61,101 bases of DNA from Lentisphaeria bacterium (GTDB taxonomy: Bacteria; Verrucomicrobiota; Lentisphaeria; Victivallales; Victivallaceae), in NCBI GenBank assembly GCA_017502435.1, contig JAFVUZ010000028.1, positions 1-61,101 of the forward strand, given 5' to 3'. This document shows positions 1-8,655 of the stretch, one piece after another. The translations under genes and the position numbers were made by a program. Within the stretch, counting starts at the first letter, position 1. Every line of letters begins with the position of its first letter. Below the pieces are notes generated by a model that saw only the letters and a list, made by a program, of their open reading frames with translations, did not search any database and had not been told where the DNA came from.

Positions 1-343
1 CATTATTCGAACCTTTGTATCGATTTGAGGTAGGCGTTATTCGGGAATTATTTTATGCGTTGAGCAGACGAAAGAGAAAACCGAAAACAAGGTTTATTGA
101 AAATCTCTTGTCATATTATTTTTCCTCCGATTTATTTTATTTGAGTTTGCTTAAATATAGGCAGCTCCCAAGGTAATGCTATTCCTTTGCTGAAGGTCTC
201 TGCTGAGCCGGTACGGTATATCGGTACCTTACTGATTGAATTGTATTTTTGTGCAGTTATGCTATATTAAATAACTTGGTATGAAATTCAATCAAATGCT
301 GAATTTTAAATAAAATGAAATTATCCGGAAATGGAATTTGCTT

Positions 344-868
344 ATGGAAAATATTGAAATTCTTAAAACATCTGAAGAAGTTAACCAGAGAATTATAGAG
401 CTGGGAGATGAAATTACGCAGTTTTACGGAGATGTACCGCTGACGATGATCGTGGTCATGAACGGAGGATTGTTTGTCGCCGCTAAACTTGCAGAGGCAA
501 TAAAACTTGAGGATTTTTATATCGATTCCATCGCCGCAGGAAGTTACAAGCATGATGTATGTACCGGAACTCTTGAACTGCGTTCGACATTGAAACTTGA
601 TCCCCGGGGACGGAATATTCTGCTTGTGGATGAAGTGCTTGATTCAGGAAGAACTCTCAAAGCAATAAAAAACAACCTTCTGGCTGCGGGTGCATTGACC
701 GTTAAAACTGCAGTGCTGGTCGAGAAGAAAATTGTCCGTCCTGGCGGCATCGAACACGCCGACTGGACCGGATTTTTTATGGATGACCGTTATCTTATCG
801 GCTGTGGAATGGATTCTGAAGAAAAATACCGCAATTATCCGGGGATTGCAGTTCTGATTCAGGATTAA
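344..868 (+). CDS. hpt: hypoxanthine phosphoribosyltransferase
   Basis: ORF 338..868 opens with TTG and has an in-frame ATG at 344. PRPP-binding motif LLVDEVLDSGRTL. Length is typical of Hpt. Confidence 0.9.
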   Translation: MENIEILKTSEEVNQRIIELGDEITQFYGDVPLTMIVVMNGGLFVAAKLAEAIKLEDFYIDSIAAGSYKHDVCTGTLELRSTLKLDPRGRNILLVDEVLDSGRTLKAIKNNLLAAGALTVKTAVLVEKKIVRPGGIEHADWTGFFMDDRYLIGCGMDSEEKYRNYPGIAVLIQD

Positions 869-913
869 AACTGCGAACTGTATTGCAGTAAGATTTATAA
901 TTATTTTTGAGTA

Positions 914-950
914 TATAAAAAAACTGCCTTTCCAGCAAGACAAGGCAGTT
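914..950 (-). terminator. rho-independent terminator of the 968..1579 gene
   Basis: Perfect 9-bp stem AACTGCCTT (922-930) / AAGGCAGTT (942-950) with an 11-nt loop. On the minus strand it is followed by a 7-T run (complement of A917-923). Confidence 0.6.
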
Positions 951-967
951 GGGAAAAAGAGCAGTTG

Positions 968-1579
968 TTATGCTGCGGGTTTTGCTGCAGGTTTGGCAGC
1001 GGGGGCTTTTTTGCCTGGAGCAGTTTTGCGAGCGGGACGTTTGGGAGGATTCATGATACGCTGGAAGATCTTTTCGATTTCGGCGTCACGGTTTTTCTGC
1101 ATTTCTGCATTTTTCTTGTCCATGGCATCTGCAATTTTACGCATGCTTTCGGCACGTTTTTTGTTCATTTCGACTTGTTTGTCAAAATTTTTACTCAGGA
1201 AAGCAACGACTTTGGCCTTGTTTTCGGGAGTCTGTTTTGCTTTGTATTCCTTGACAGCGGCACGGAATTTTTCCATTTCGGCTTTTGCTTCGGGAGACAT
1301 TTTGAAGCGGGGACGGCGTACCATCGGGGCTTTTTTGTTATTTTTGAATGCATATTTCTGCATTTTTTTCTGCTGCGGGCAATCGGCTTTTTTCATTTTT
1401 CCGTTTTTGACCGGGCATTTTGCTTCGGGGCAATCTTTTTTATCTTTGCAATCTTTTTTTTCACATTTTTCTTTCATTTCTTTGCAGCATTTTTCTGCAT
1501 CTTCGGGGCAATCACTTGCCATGGCAAAGAGTCCGCAGGTGCAGAGAGCGGCGGCGAGGAACAACAATGTTTTTTTCAT
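968..1579 (-). CDS. secreted Cys-rich / Lys-rich protein of unknown function (helical Spy/CpxP-like middle, basic PAK tail)
   Basis: Signal peptide MKKTLLFLAAALCTCGLFAMA, AGGA RBS and a terminator downstream. The N-terminal region has 9 Cys, including a repeated DCP motif. The C-terminus is KKAPAAKPAAKPAA. Confidence 0.7.
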   Translation of the reverse strand: MKKTLLFLAAALCTCGLFAMASDCPEDAEKCCKEMKEKCEKKDCKDKKDCPEAKCPVKNGKMKKADCPQQKKMQKYAFKNNKKAPMVRRPRFKMSPEAKAEMEKFRAAVKEYKAKQTPENKAKVVAFLSKNFDKQVEMNKKRAESMRKIADAMDKKNAEMQKNRDAEIEKIFQRIMNPPKRPARKTAPGKKAPAAKPAAKPAA

Positions 1580-1932
1580 GATTTTTCCTTTCGTTAAAGT
1601 GGGTGATTGTTTTCGAGAAGCGTTCCGTTGCTAATGAATACGCATTATTTCTGAAAATATTGTATTCCTCATCGCAATTTTTTCAATCTCTTTTGTATTT
1701 GCTGCTGAAATATGCAAATAAAAAAACAGTTAATGTTTAATACAGAGTCCAAAAATTATGCATCGTTGCCTTTTTTTCCGTTAATTATATAACCGCTTTA
1801 ATATAGCACGGAAAATTTGTTTTAACAAGTTTGGGAGATAAATAATTTATCATATTTTGTGATTTGAGATTGAAAAATATTTTTTCGGTGCTATTTTTAG
1901 CCGTAAATGTTTTAACTGGATCAGTAGAATTT

Positions 1933-2928
1933 ATGTTTAATAATTTGAAAAAGTATTTGTCTGTTGTTTCGCTTTTGTTTGCGGCATTTGTATTGTATGG
2001 AGCAAAAGTTCAGTTTGTTCTGCCGGAAAATACTTTTGTGCCGTATGATCCCGGTGAAATAAAAGGTCATTTACAGGGATTTACCGCCATCGGTCAACAT
2101 CTTTACTGGGTGTCAAATCATCATATTCTTAAAACTGACAGCAAAGGAAATGTTATTAAACGTGTACTGCTGAAAAAAGAAAATCAGTTCAGGCGTCACG
2201 GCGGAGACCCATGTTCTGTGGATGATAAACTTTATATTCCTTATTGCAGTGAAAAATTCTGCATCCCGATCGAGGGCAGGGTAAGTATGAATTTTGTGCA
2301 GGTTTATGACAAAGATTTGAATTATCTCAAAACTTATCACTTGCCGCAGATCAAATACGGGGCAGGCTGTATGACTTATGCAGATGGACAGTTTTTTGTC
2401 TCTGGCGGCAAAAGTTTTTTTGAAGATGGTAATTCGATTTATGTGTATGACAGAGATTTCAATTTTATCAGAGAACATAAAATTGCCGTAAACAGCCGCA
2501 GCGGTATTCAAACTTTAACTTTTGACGGCAAGGATTTCTGGCTTGGTTTTTACGGACGGAGACCTTCACAAACTTTGCGTTTATCAAAAGATTTTGAACT
2601 GCTTGGTGCATACAAATTTTCAGGCAGCACGGGAATTCTCGCTCTGCAGGATAATAAAATGTTGATAAGTGATTACACTGTAAAAAGTGCAAAAGTTATT
2701 GATCCGGAAAAATTCAAATATGATTTGGAATTTGTTGAAATTGACCATAATGGAATCATAACTTACCGCGGAAAAAAATATACCAATTTGAATCAGTTTT
2801 ACTCTCAGGCGCAGGATTATATAAAATCAGTTTTTGTCGTTCGATGTTCGGCAAAACTGCCGTTTGAAAAATGGCTGTCAATAAAACACTGCATCCCGGT
2901 TTTGCGTATTGTAATGTTGAAAAAATAG
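1933..2928 (+). CDS. hypothetical exported protein (beta-propeller-like by composition)
   Basis: ORF 1864..2928 opens with TTG. The in-frame ATG at 1933 gives MFNNLKKYLSVVSLLFAAFVLYG, a signal/anchor sequence. I recognise no catalytic motif. Confidence 0.6.
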   Translation: MFNNLKKYLSVVSLLFAAFVLYGAKVQFVLPENTFVPYDPGEIKGHLQGFTAIGQHLYWVSNHHILKTDSKGNVIKRVLLKKENQFRRHGGDPCSVDDKLYIPYCSEKFCIPIEGRVSMNFVQVYDKDLNYLKTYHLPQIKYGAGCMTYADGQFFVSGGKSFFEDGNSIYVYDRDFNFIREHKIAVNSRSGIQTLTFDGKDFWLGFYGRRPSQTLRLSKDFELLGAYKFSGSTGILALQDNKMLISDYTVKSAKVIDPEKFKYDLEFVEIDHNGIITYRGKKYTNLNQFYSQAQDYIKSVFVVRCSAKLPFEKWLSIKHCIPVLRIVMLKK

Positions 2929-2939
2929 GAGATTTTTTT

Positions 2940-4031
2940 ATGTTTGCCCAAGATAATATTGATTTTATGTGTCCGGTTTCAGTTATGTTTGAAGCTGATG
3001 AAAAATTTAGTTTCGCTCGCGAACCGGTACTCCACCGTATGCCTGACGGAACATTGGTTTCTCTGCTTTACACCGGAGGAAACAAAGAACCGCATCCTGA
3101 AAATGTGGTTGCTGTCACAAGAAGTTATGATGACGGAGAGACATGGAGCAAGCCGGAAATAATTTTTCAGCATCCTTTCCGTGCCTGTTGGGGAACGGAA
3201 CTATTTACCGGCGGGGATTTGCCGTTTATAGTATTTCAGACTTTTTCGGTGGATACGGATTATTGTGAACTGCGTGCTTTTATAAGTTTTACCCGTGATA
3301 ACGGCAAAACATGGAGCGAACCCTGTACAATTCAGGGAGTGCCGCCGAATTTCACTGTCCGTCAGGGACGGATTCTGTCTGACGGTTCATGGATTTTTCC
3401 TGTTTATCATCAGGAGACAAACAGCCAGTGGCAGGGCTCATTGATGAAAGATAGTTCCTGCCGTAAAAAATGGCGTTTTGTCTGCGGTGTTATCAAGTCA
3501 AATGATAACGGAAAGTCTTTTTCATATCATGGCTTCATCCATCATCCGGCTGATTGTCATCATTGGGAACCGGACATCACCGAACTTGAAAACGGACATC
3601 TGCTGATGTATATACGTTGTGAATCTCCGGAAAATGTTCTCTGGCAGTCTGAAAGTTTCGATTACGGCAAAACATGGAGCAATTCCGTGCCGACTGATAT
3701 TCCAAGTGCCGGCAGTAAAGAGATGATTTGCGATATAGAGGGCAGAAAAGTCATGTTTTTCAATCATGTCACCCCTGATGCAGTCAACCGCAATACACTT
3801 GCCGCATGGACGAGCAGTGACAACTGCAGAACATGGTACAGAAAAAATGTCATTGCCAAATTGAATGATTACACCGGAGAACTTGAGGAGATGTACAAAG
3901 GCAAAATACATCCAGTGCAGGTCGCTTATCCGCACGTTTTTGCAGATAATGAAAAACGTCTGGTCTATCTGGCAATCGATTCAGTTTACAAATTTTATTT
4001 GATGAAAATCCCGTTTGATGAGCTTATCTGA
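2940..4031 (+). CDS. BNR/Asp-box repeat protein, sialidase (GH33)-like
   Basis: Five Asp-box-like repeats: SYDDGETWS, TRDNGKTWS, SNDNGKSFS, SFDYGKTWS, SSDNCRTWY. The start is set at ATG 2940 because the ORF-track start at 2871 overlaps the upstream gene. No signal peptide. Confidence 0.8.
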   Translation: MFAQDNIDFMCPVSVMFEADEKFSFAREPVLHRMPDGTLVSLLYTGGNKEPHPENVVAVTRSYDDGETWSKPEIIFQHPFRACWGTELFTGGDLPFIVFQTFSVDTDYCELRAFISFTRDNGKTWSEPCTIQGVPPNFTVRQGRILSDGSWIFPVYHQETNSQWQGSLMKDSSCRKKWRFVCGVIKSNDNGKSFSYHGFIHHPADCHHWEPDITELENGHLLMYIRCESPENVLWQSESFDYGKTWSNSVPTDIPSAGSKEMICDIEGRKVMFFNHVTPDAVNRNTLAAWTSSDNCRTWYRKNVIAKLNDYTGELEEMYKGKIHPVQVAYPHVFADNEKRLVYLAIDSVYKFYLMKIPFDELI

Positions 4032-4076
4032 CCCTGATTTTTTCAGTTGAAAGATTTTTAACGGTTTGAATTTTGT

Positions 4077-4895
4077 TTAAATTTCAACTGTCATACCGTC
4101 GTAGGCGACTTCGATGTTATGCGGGGTGAAAAATTTTTCCATATCAGCTTGAAGCGGTGCTCCATTGTGTGAAAAATGGTTGGTGATGAAGCGTGTTTTT
4201 TCTGTTGTCAAGCCGAGTTCCTGTAATTTTTCTTTGAATAAAACGGTGTACTTTTTGCTCATATGTCCGATTGAAAAATCCTGAAGAGTAAAAGCACATG
4301 TACATTCGATTACTGCGAGGTCAAGTTTTTTACCGTAATTTTTAATAAGTTCCCAGTTTGCATCGTCCCAGTAACCGGTATCATTGGCGATCAGGATGGT
4401 TTTGTTATTTTCAGTAATGACATAATTGAGTGGAGTCGAATTTGGATCGTGATCTGCACGGATGGCGAGGATTTCAAAATTTCCGGCATGGAAAACATCT
4501 CCGGGATTGACTTGATTTTTATTGATTTTTGCTTTTTCATAATCGACACGGGCAGTGATTTTTTCGTGAACTCTGGCATCACCGAAAATATCAATGAACT
4601 CTTCGATTTTGGAATAACCCGGACTTCTCCAGATAAGTTCGACAGGGTCGAGGTGGTCTTCGTGGGCGTGAGTGAAAAAAATCCGTTTGATATCTGCAAG
4701 ATCGAAATTATACATTATCGACTGATTCCAGATATCCGGACCGTAATCGATCAGAGTATCATCGTTCAAGAGATAACAGCAGCGTTTGCGAATATCTTTG
4801 CCGCCGTTTTTGCGGGCGGTTCTGCAAGTGTCGCAAATACAGAAATGAGCAGGCACAGCCTCTGCCGCTGCGGTTCCGAGAAAAGTAAGTTTCAT
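4077..4895 (-). CDS. MBL-fold metallo-hydrolase, PhnP-like phosphodiesterase
   Basis: THAHEDHLD (the HxHxDH motif) plus an N-terminal CxCxxC cluster (HFCICDTC), as in PhnP-type enzymes. Confidence 0.8.
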   Translation of the reverse strand: MKLTFLGTAAAEAVPAHFCICDTCRTARKNGGKDIRKRCCYLLNDDTLIDYGPDIWNQSIMYNFDLADIKRIFFTHAHEDHLDPVELIWRSPGYSKIEEFIDIFGDARVHEKITARVDYEKAKINKNQVNPGDVFHAGNFEILAIRADHDPNSTPLNYVITENNKTILIANDTGYWDDANWELIKNYGKKLDLAVIECTCAFTLQDFSIGHMSKKYTVLFKEKLQELGLTTEKTRFITNHFSHNGAPLQADMEKFFTPHNIEVAYDGMTVEI

Positions 4896-4991
4896 ATAAA
4901 GTCCTTTTTTTTAGATAGTGAAAATTCATAAATAATACATTTATAATATATCAGTGCAAATTACAAATGCAAATATCAGGACTTACTTCTT

Positions 4992-5039
4992 TTGAAGTGC
5001 ACCCCAAAAGTTGGACAAAAATTTTGAGGTGCACTTCAG
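4992..5039. repeat. long hairpin in the intergenic region (not terminator-like)
   Basis: GAAGTGCACC (4994-5003) pairs with GGTGCACTTC (5028-5037). An inner CAAAA/TTTTG extension adds about 16 bp in total. No U-run follows on either strand. Confidence 0.6.
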
Positions 5040-5085
5040 GAACGCCGGAGTCGGTGCAAGTCCCCTTGCAAAAAAACAACCGTAC

Positions 5086-7926
5086 TTATTTTACTTCCAT
5101 AGAAATCAATGCACTGTCGCCTTTTGAGTTGACGCGCTGATTCATTTCCAGAACCGCGAGAATAGTTTTTCCGGCGTAATCTTTCAGGGGAATTGACCAG
5201 AGTTGCGGAGTTTTGTCAAAGAGGCTTTCGCGTTTTTCCTTGTTCCAGGTCCATGAGGGTTCTTTGGTTCTGCCTTTGGCGGTATCGAAACTTTTGATGG
5301 TTTTGCCGTTGATTTTCAGGGTATAGACAACACCGTCATGCGGATGTGTCATAATTGATGAAATATCCTCGATGCTGACAAGTAGAACTTTTTTGTCATC
5401 AGAGACTTTGATCGGGAGAGTCAGATTTTTGCTGTCGCCTGTGACATTGTAATAAGTTGTATTGTTTTTTACAACTTTGCGTTTACTCTGTAACGTACCG
5501 GCGGAGAAAAGGGAAATTCCGGTGCTTTCAGCAACTGTCATCTGAATATTTCTGTAATCAATATGATTGGCGAAAGCAGTAATAACAACAGGGGATGTCG
5601 CCTTGACAGTTCCTGCTTTGACAGTTTTGCCATTGACTTGAATCTCTGCAAATTTTTTGTCTGCACTGACAGTGAATTCAATCTCTTTTGTTTGAGATTC
5701 AAGTACGCAGGAGGCAACGGAGGGAGTTTCAAAATATTCTTTGACAAATGCGCCGTCAGAGAGAGAAGTCAGCATGATGGAAGTTTTTTTGTTCAATCCG
5801 GGATATACTGCATAATGCGCTTTGGGATTCAAGCCTGCAAGTTCTCCGTCGCCCCAGACTGGCCATTTGCCGGGACGCATAAGAGTTTTGACTTTGTTCT
5901 GACCGTGAATGCGGCCGTAGAGCGGCTTTTTGTCAGGACCGAGCATCTGTTGGATTTTGCCGTCATCATAATAAGAATAAATACCGTCATTACCTTTGTA
6001 CATACAGATAATATTTTCTGGATATTCGCCGCCGGGGAAATATGGACGGAGATTTTTCTGAGAGAAAATAACTCCGCGTTTATGCAAATGTCCCCAGAAG
6101 GACCAGTCAGTATCAATCACTGATTTGGTTTTTCCGAAATAATATAATGTTGAAATCATACCATATCCGCCTGTTGCATCGGCAATCGCAACTTGAGCGT
6201 GACGGATAAAATCATTGTAACCGCGTGATGCACCGACCCACGGACGATTGCCGTAAATAAATGTTGACAACGGCAGAGAATCAGTAAGCATTGCATATTG
6301 AGTGTCTTCTGTAAAGAGCCAGCAGTGGAGCAATTTAAGCGGCCAGTGAATGCTGTGAGCGTTGGCGTGAGTCAGATATTCGGAGGCATAAGCAGTTTGC
6401 GGCAGTGCTTTTGCCAGCATTCGCAATTGTTCACGTTCACCCTGTGCGCCGGACAAACCTTCAATAGTTCCGTTGCCGGTATCTGCACCGCAGCCTGCGG
6501 TATCTTCATAGAGGGCATCGGTTTTTGTGACGGAAGTCCATTCTTTCATCAGATCAACGTGGAATTTGCGCCAGCCGGGAGAGAGCAGATCACCGTAATA
6601 AAGACGGTCTTTTTTGTATTTATCAAATGAACGGAAGTTCATAAGGTCAGTTTTTTCCGCTTCTGTCATAGTCGGATTGCCGTAGTAACCGAGAGATACG
6701 CGGGAGGGCAGGAAAAATTTATCAAGACCGTATTTCTGCCACGCCGGAGATTTATAATTGGCACAGCAGATATTGACATAAGACATTACTTTGTGACCGT
6801 ATTTGTGAGCTCGGGCGACATTGTTGACATAATTTTTGCGGGGAGACCAGTCGGGCAGTTCCTTGTCCCAGCCGGGGGCACGGGCGTTCCAAGCCATGAA
6901 AGCGACAGTTCCGGCAGGGAAGTATTCTTTCAGAAGTTCAAAATGTTTTTCACCGAAACTTACAATGTCTGTATTGATGGACATTCCGATTTTATCAATC
7001 CATTTGACTGCATCACGGGCGGCGATTTCTTTGCTGTACTGCTTGTGAAAATAATTGCGGTACGGAGTTGCAGCAGTTTGCCATCCGCCATCAAAAACAT
7101 TCAGATAAACATCTGGAGAAACTGCACTTTTTTTGTTGAGAAAATACATCAGATTGCAGTGTTCAAAAATGAGCGAATGACTCTTGTCTGTGCGGTTGAA
7201 ATATGCTATGAAATCACGGACTGCAGGGTCCTGTATCCACAATGCCAACGCATTGTTGTTTTTTGCTGTAAAAATCATCAGCGGGGCTTCCATATCTTCA
7301 TTTTTGGAGAGCGCGGTCAGAAGTCCGCTTCTGCCGTCACGGATGAATCTGCCTCCGTAAAGCGGCAGAATACCCTGTGCTTTGCGGTCTATATTGGCAA
7401 CGGCAGTTGCAGTGCCGTAAACGTTTCCGCTTGGATAACTGCCGGATGTGCGGATGCGGAGAGAACCGTCTTTTTCCGCTTTGAGTTCAACGGCAAAAAC
7501 AGCATCCTTGAGAAATTCTTTGCCGTTTGAAAGTCCTTTGTAGGTGAGCAATACGGAGCCGTCCTGTTGTTTTTTTACGGAATAATCCGACTTTTCTGCG
7601 GGGAGGAAATAATTTACCAGAGAAAATCCCGGTTGCAGAGCGCGATTATTTTCAAACTGACCGTTGCGGGCGTGAAATTTACGGAAAATATCAATATTTT
7701 TCAAAATACCGAGACCGCCGGGAACGGCAGTATCTTTTTTATTTTTATCTGCCCATACAAAATTGTTTTTGAGGTTTCTGACTTCAGTTATAACGCCTTT
7801 GTCAACGATGACCGACATGTTTGAAGTTTTGAAGTTGAAAGGCTCAGGAGTTGCGGCACTTGCATCGGCGAGCGAAGCCAAAACCGCAGTCAGACCGAAA
7901 ACTTTCAATATTTTTAGTGAACGCAT
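5086..7926 (-). CDS. large secreted protein, function unknown (putative glycan-active enzyme from context only)
   Basis: 946-aa ORF with signal peptide MRSLKILKVFGLTAVLASLADASA and an AAAGGA RBS. It lies 24 nt downstream of the pseudopilin-like gene. I can assign no family motif by eye. Confidence 0.75.
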   Translation of the reverse strand: MRSLKILKVFGLTAVLASLADASAATPEPFNFKTSNMSVIVDKGVITEVRNLKNNFVWADKNKKDTAVPGGLGILKNIDIFRKFHARNGQFENNRALQPGFSLVNYFLPAEKSDYSVKKQQDGSVLLTYKGLSNGKEFLKDAVFAVELKAEKDGSLRIRTSGSYPSGNVYGTATAVANIDRKAQGILPLYGGRFIRDGRSGLLTALSKNEDMEAPLMIFTAKNNNALALWIQDPAVRDFIAYFNRTDKSHSLIFEHCNLMYFLNKKSAVSPDVYLNVFDGGWQTAATPYRNYFHKQYSKEIAARDAVKWIDKIGMSINTDIVSFGEKHFELLKEYFPAGTVAFMAWNARAPGWDKELPDWSPRKNYVNNVARAHKYGHKVMSYVNICCANYKSPAWQKYGLDKFFLPSRVSLGYYGNPTMTEAEKTDLMNFRSFDKYKKDRLYYGDLLSPGWRKFHVDLMKEWTSVTKTDALYEDTAGCGADTGNGTIEGLSGAQGEREQLRMLAKALPQTAYASEYLTHANAHSIHWPLKLLHCWLFTEDTQYAMLTDSLPLSTFIYGNRPWVGASRGYNDFIRHAQVAIADATGGYGMISTLYYFGKTKSVIDTDWSFWGHLHKRGVIFSQKNLRPYFPGGEYPENIICMYKGNDGIYSYYDDGKIQQMLGPDKKPLYGRIHGQNKVKTLMRPGKWPVWGDGELAGLNPKAHYAVYPGLNKKTSIMLTSLSDGAFVKEYFETPSVASCVLESQTKEIEFTVSADKKFAEIQVNGKTVKAGTVKATSPVVITAFANHIDYRNIQMTVAESTGISLFSAGTLQSKRKVVKNNTTYYNVTGDSKNLTLPIKVSDDKKVLLVSIEDISSIMTHPHDGVVYTLKINGKTIKSFDTAKGRTKEPSWTWNKEKRESLFDKTPQLWSIPLKDYAGKTILAVLEMNQRVNSKGDSALISMEVK

Positions 7927-7950
7927 ATTAAAATCCTTTCCCTGTTTGTA

Positions 7951-8655
7951 TTAATATTTTGAATTGTTATAGTCAAAACGCATCCAGTTGGAGGCATCAC
8001 CCCAGTTGCTTTTCTTGATAGAATCAACGTGCATATCAGCAAAAAGAGCATTGGCAACACCGCCGTGAGCAGAAAACTGATCCGTGCTGCCGGGATTCAG
8101 ACCGCTGACACTGCCGCCGTGACCGACACGTCCCCAAATATAATTATAATCCAGAAGAACAACTTTGCGGCTTGTGCCGTATTTGGCTTTGTCCAAACGT
8201 CCGAAAGCCATACCGTCATAATAAGTACCGCCCGGCTGATAATCACGATTATTTGTTACCTGTTCAAAGTCTTCTATCGCATATCTGTTTGCATAGTAAT
8301 TGCGGGACAAATCGCCGAAAGGACAATTATTACAGGCTTGGGTTGATTGTTTATTGACTGCGGGACATGAAAAAACTTTTGCAGTGCCGAGATAACCGTT
8401 ATTTATAAGTATGGCATCATAAGTATCAACGTGAATAACAATACTGGTTTTACTGGTATTCACTGCCGGCGGAAGTCGCTGAAAGTCATTTTCATACATA
8501 CTCATTGCCAGACCGATTTGTTTCAAATTGGCGGCACAGCGGCTCTGATTAGCTTTCTGCCGTGCTTTGTTCAATGCGGGGAGGAGCATTCCTGCAAGGA
8601 TGGCGATGATTGCGATTACGACCAAAAGTTCGATGAGGGTGAATGTTTTTTTCAT
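7951..8655 (-). CDS. prepilin-type N-terminal cleavage/methylation protein with H-X9-DG-type C-terminus (DUF1559 family)
   Basis: N-terminus [32 protein letters not shown] (class III signal / GFxxxE-like). C-terminal [13 protein letters not shown] is an H-X9-D motif. Its ATG overlaps the regulator stop (ATGA). Confidence 0.9.
   Translation of the reverse strand: MKKTFTLIELLVVIAIIAILAGMLLPALNKARQKANQSRCAANLKQIGLAMSMYENDFQRLPPAVNTSKTSIVIHVDTYDAILINNGYLGTAKVFSCPAVNKQSTQACNNCPFGDLSRNYYANRYAIEDFEQVTNNRDYQPGGTYYDGMAFGRLDKAKYGTSRKVVLLDYNYIWGRVGHGGSVSGLNPGSTDQFSAHGGVANALFADMHVDSIKKSNWGDASNWMRFDYNNSKY

Noticed and set aside
1-337. Purine riboswitch or other leader upstream of hpt; possible divergent gene starting at position 3
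   Set aside because: I could not find the conserved guanine-riboswitch junction motifs. The CAT at 1-3 could be a minus-strand start codon, but nothing in the window supports it.
965-1634. Two long plus-strand ORFs (210 and 213 aa) opposite the 968-1579 gene
   Set aside because: They are Phe/Cys/Gly-rich low-complexity translations of the antisense of a Lys/Glu-rich gene (AAA/GAA read as TTT/TTC). They have no RBS or signal features. The minus-strand ORF has a signal peptide, an RBS and a terminator.
2871-2939. Upstream extension of the BNR ORF overlapping the preceding gene by 58 nt
   Set aside because: The extension (MAVNKTLHPGFAYCNVEKIGDFF) has no signal or homology features. ATG 2940 lies just after the upstream stop, giving a compact non-overlapping arrangement.
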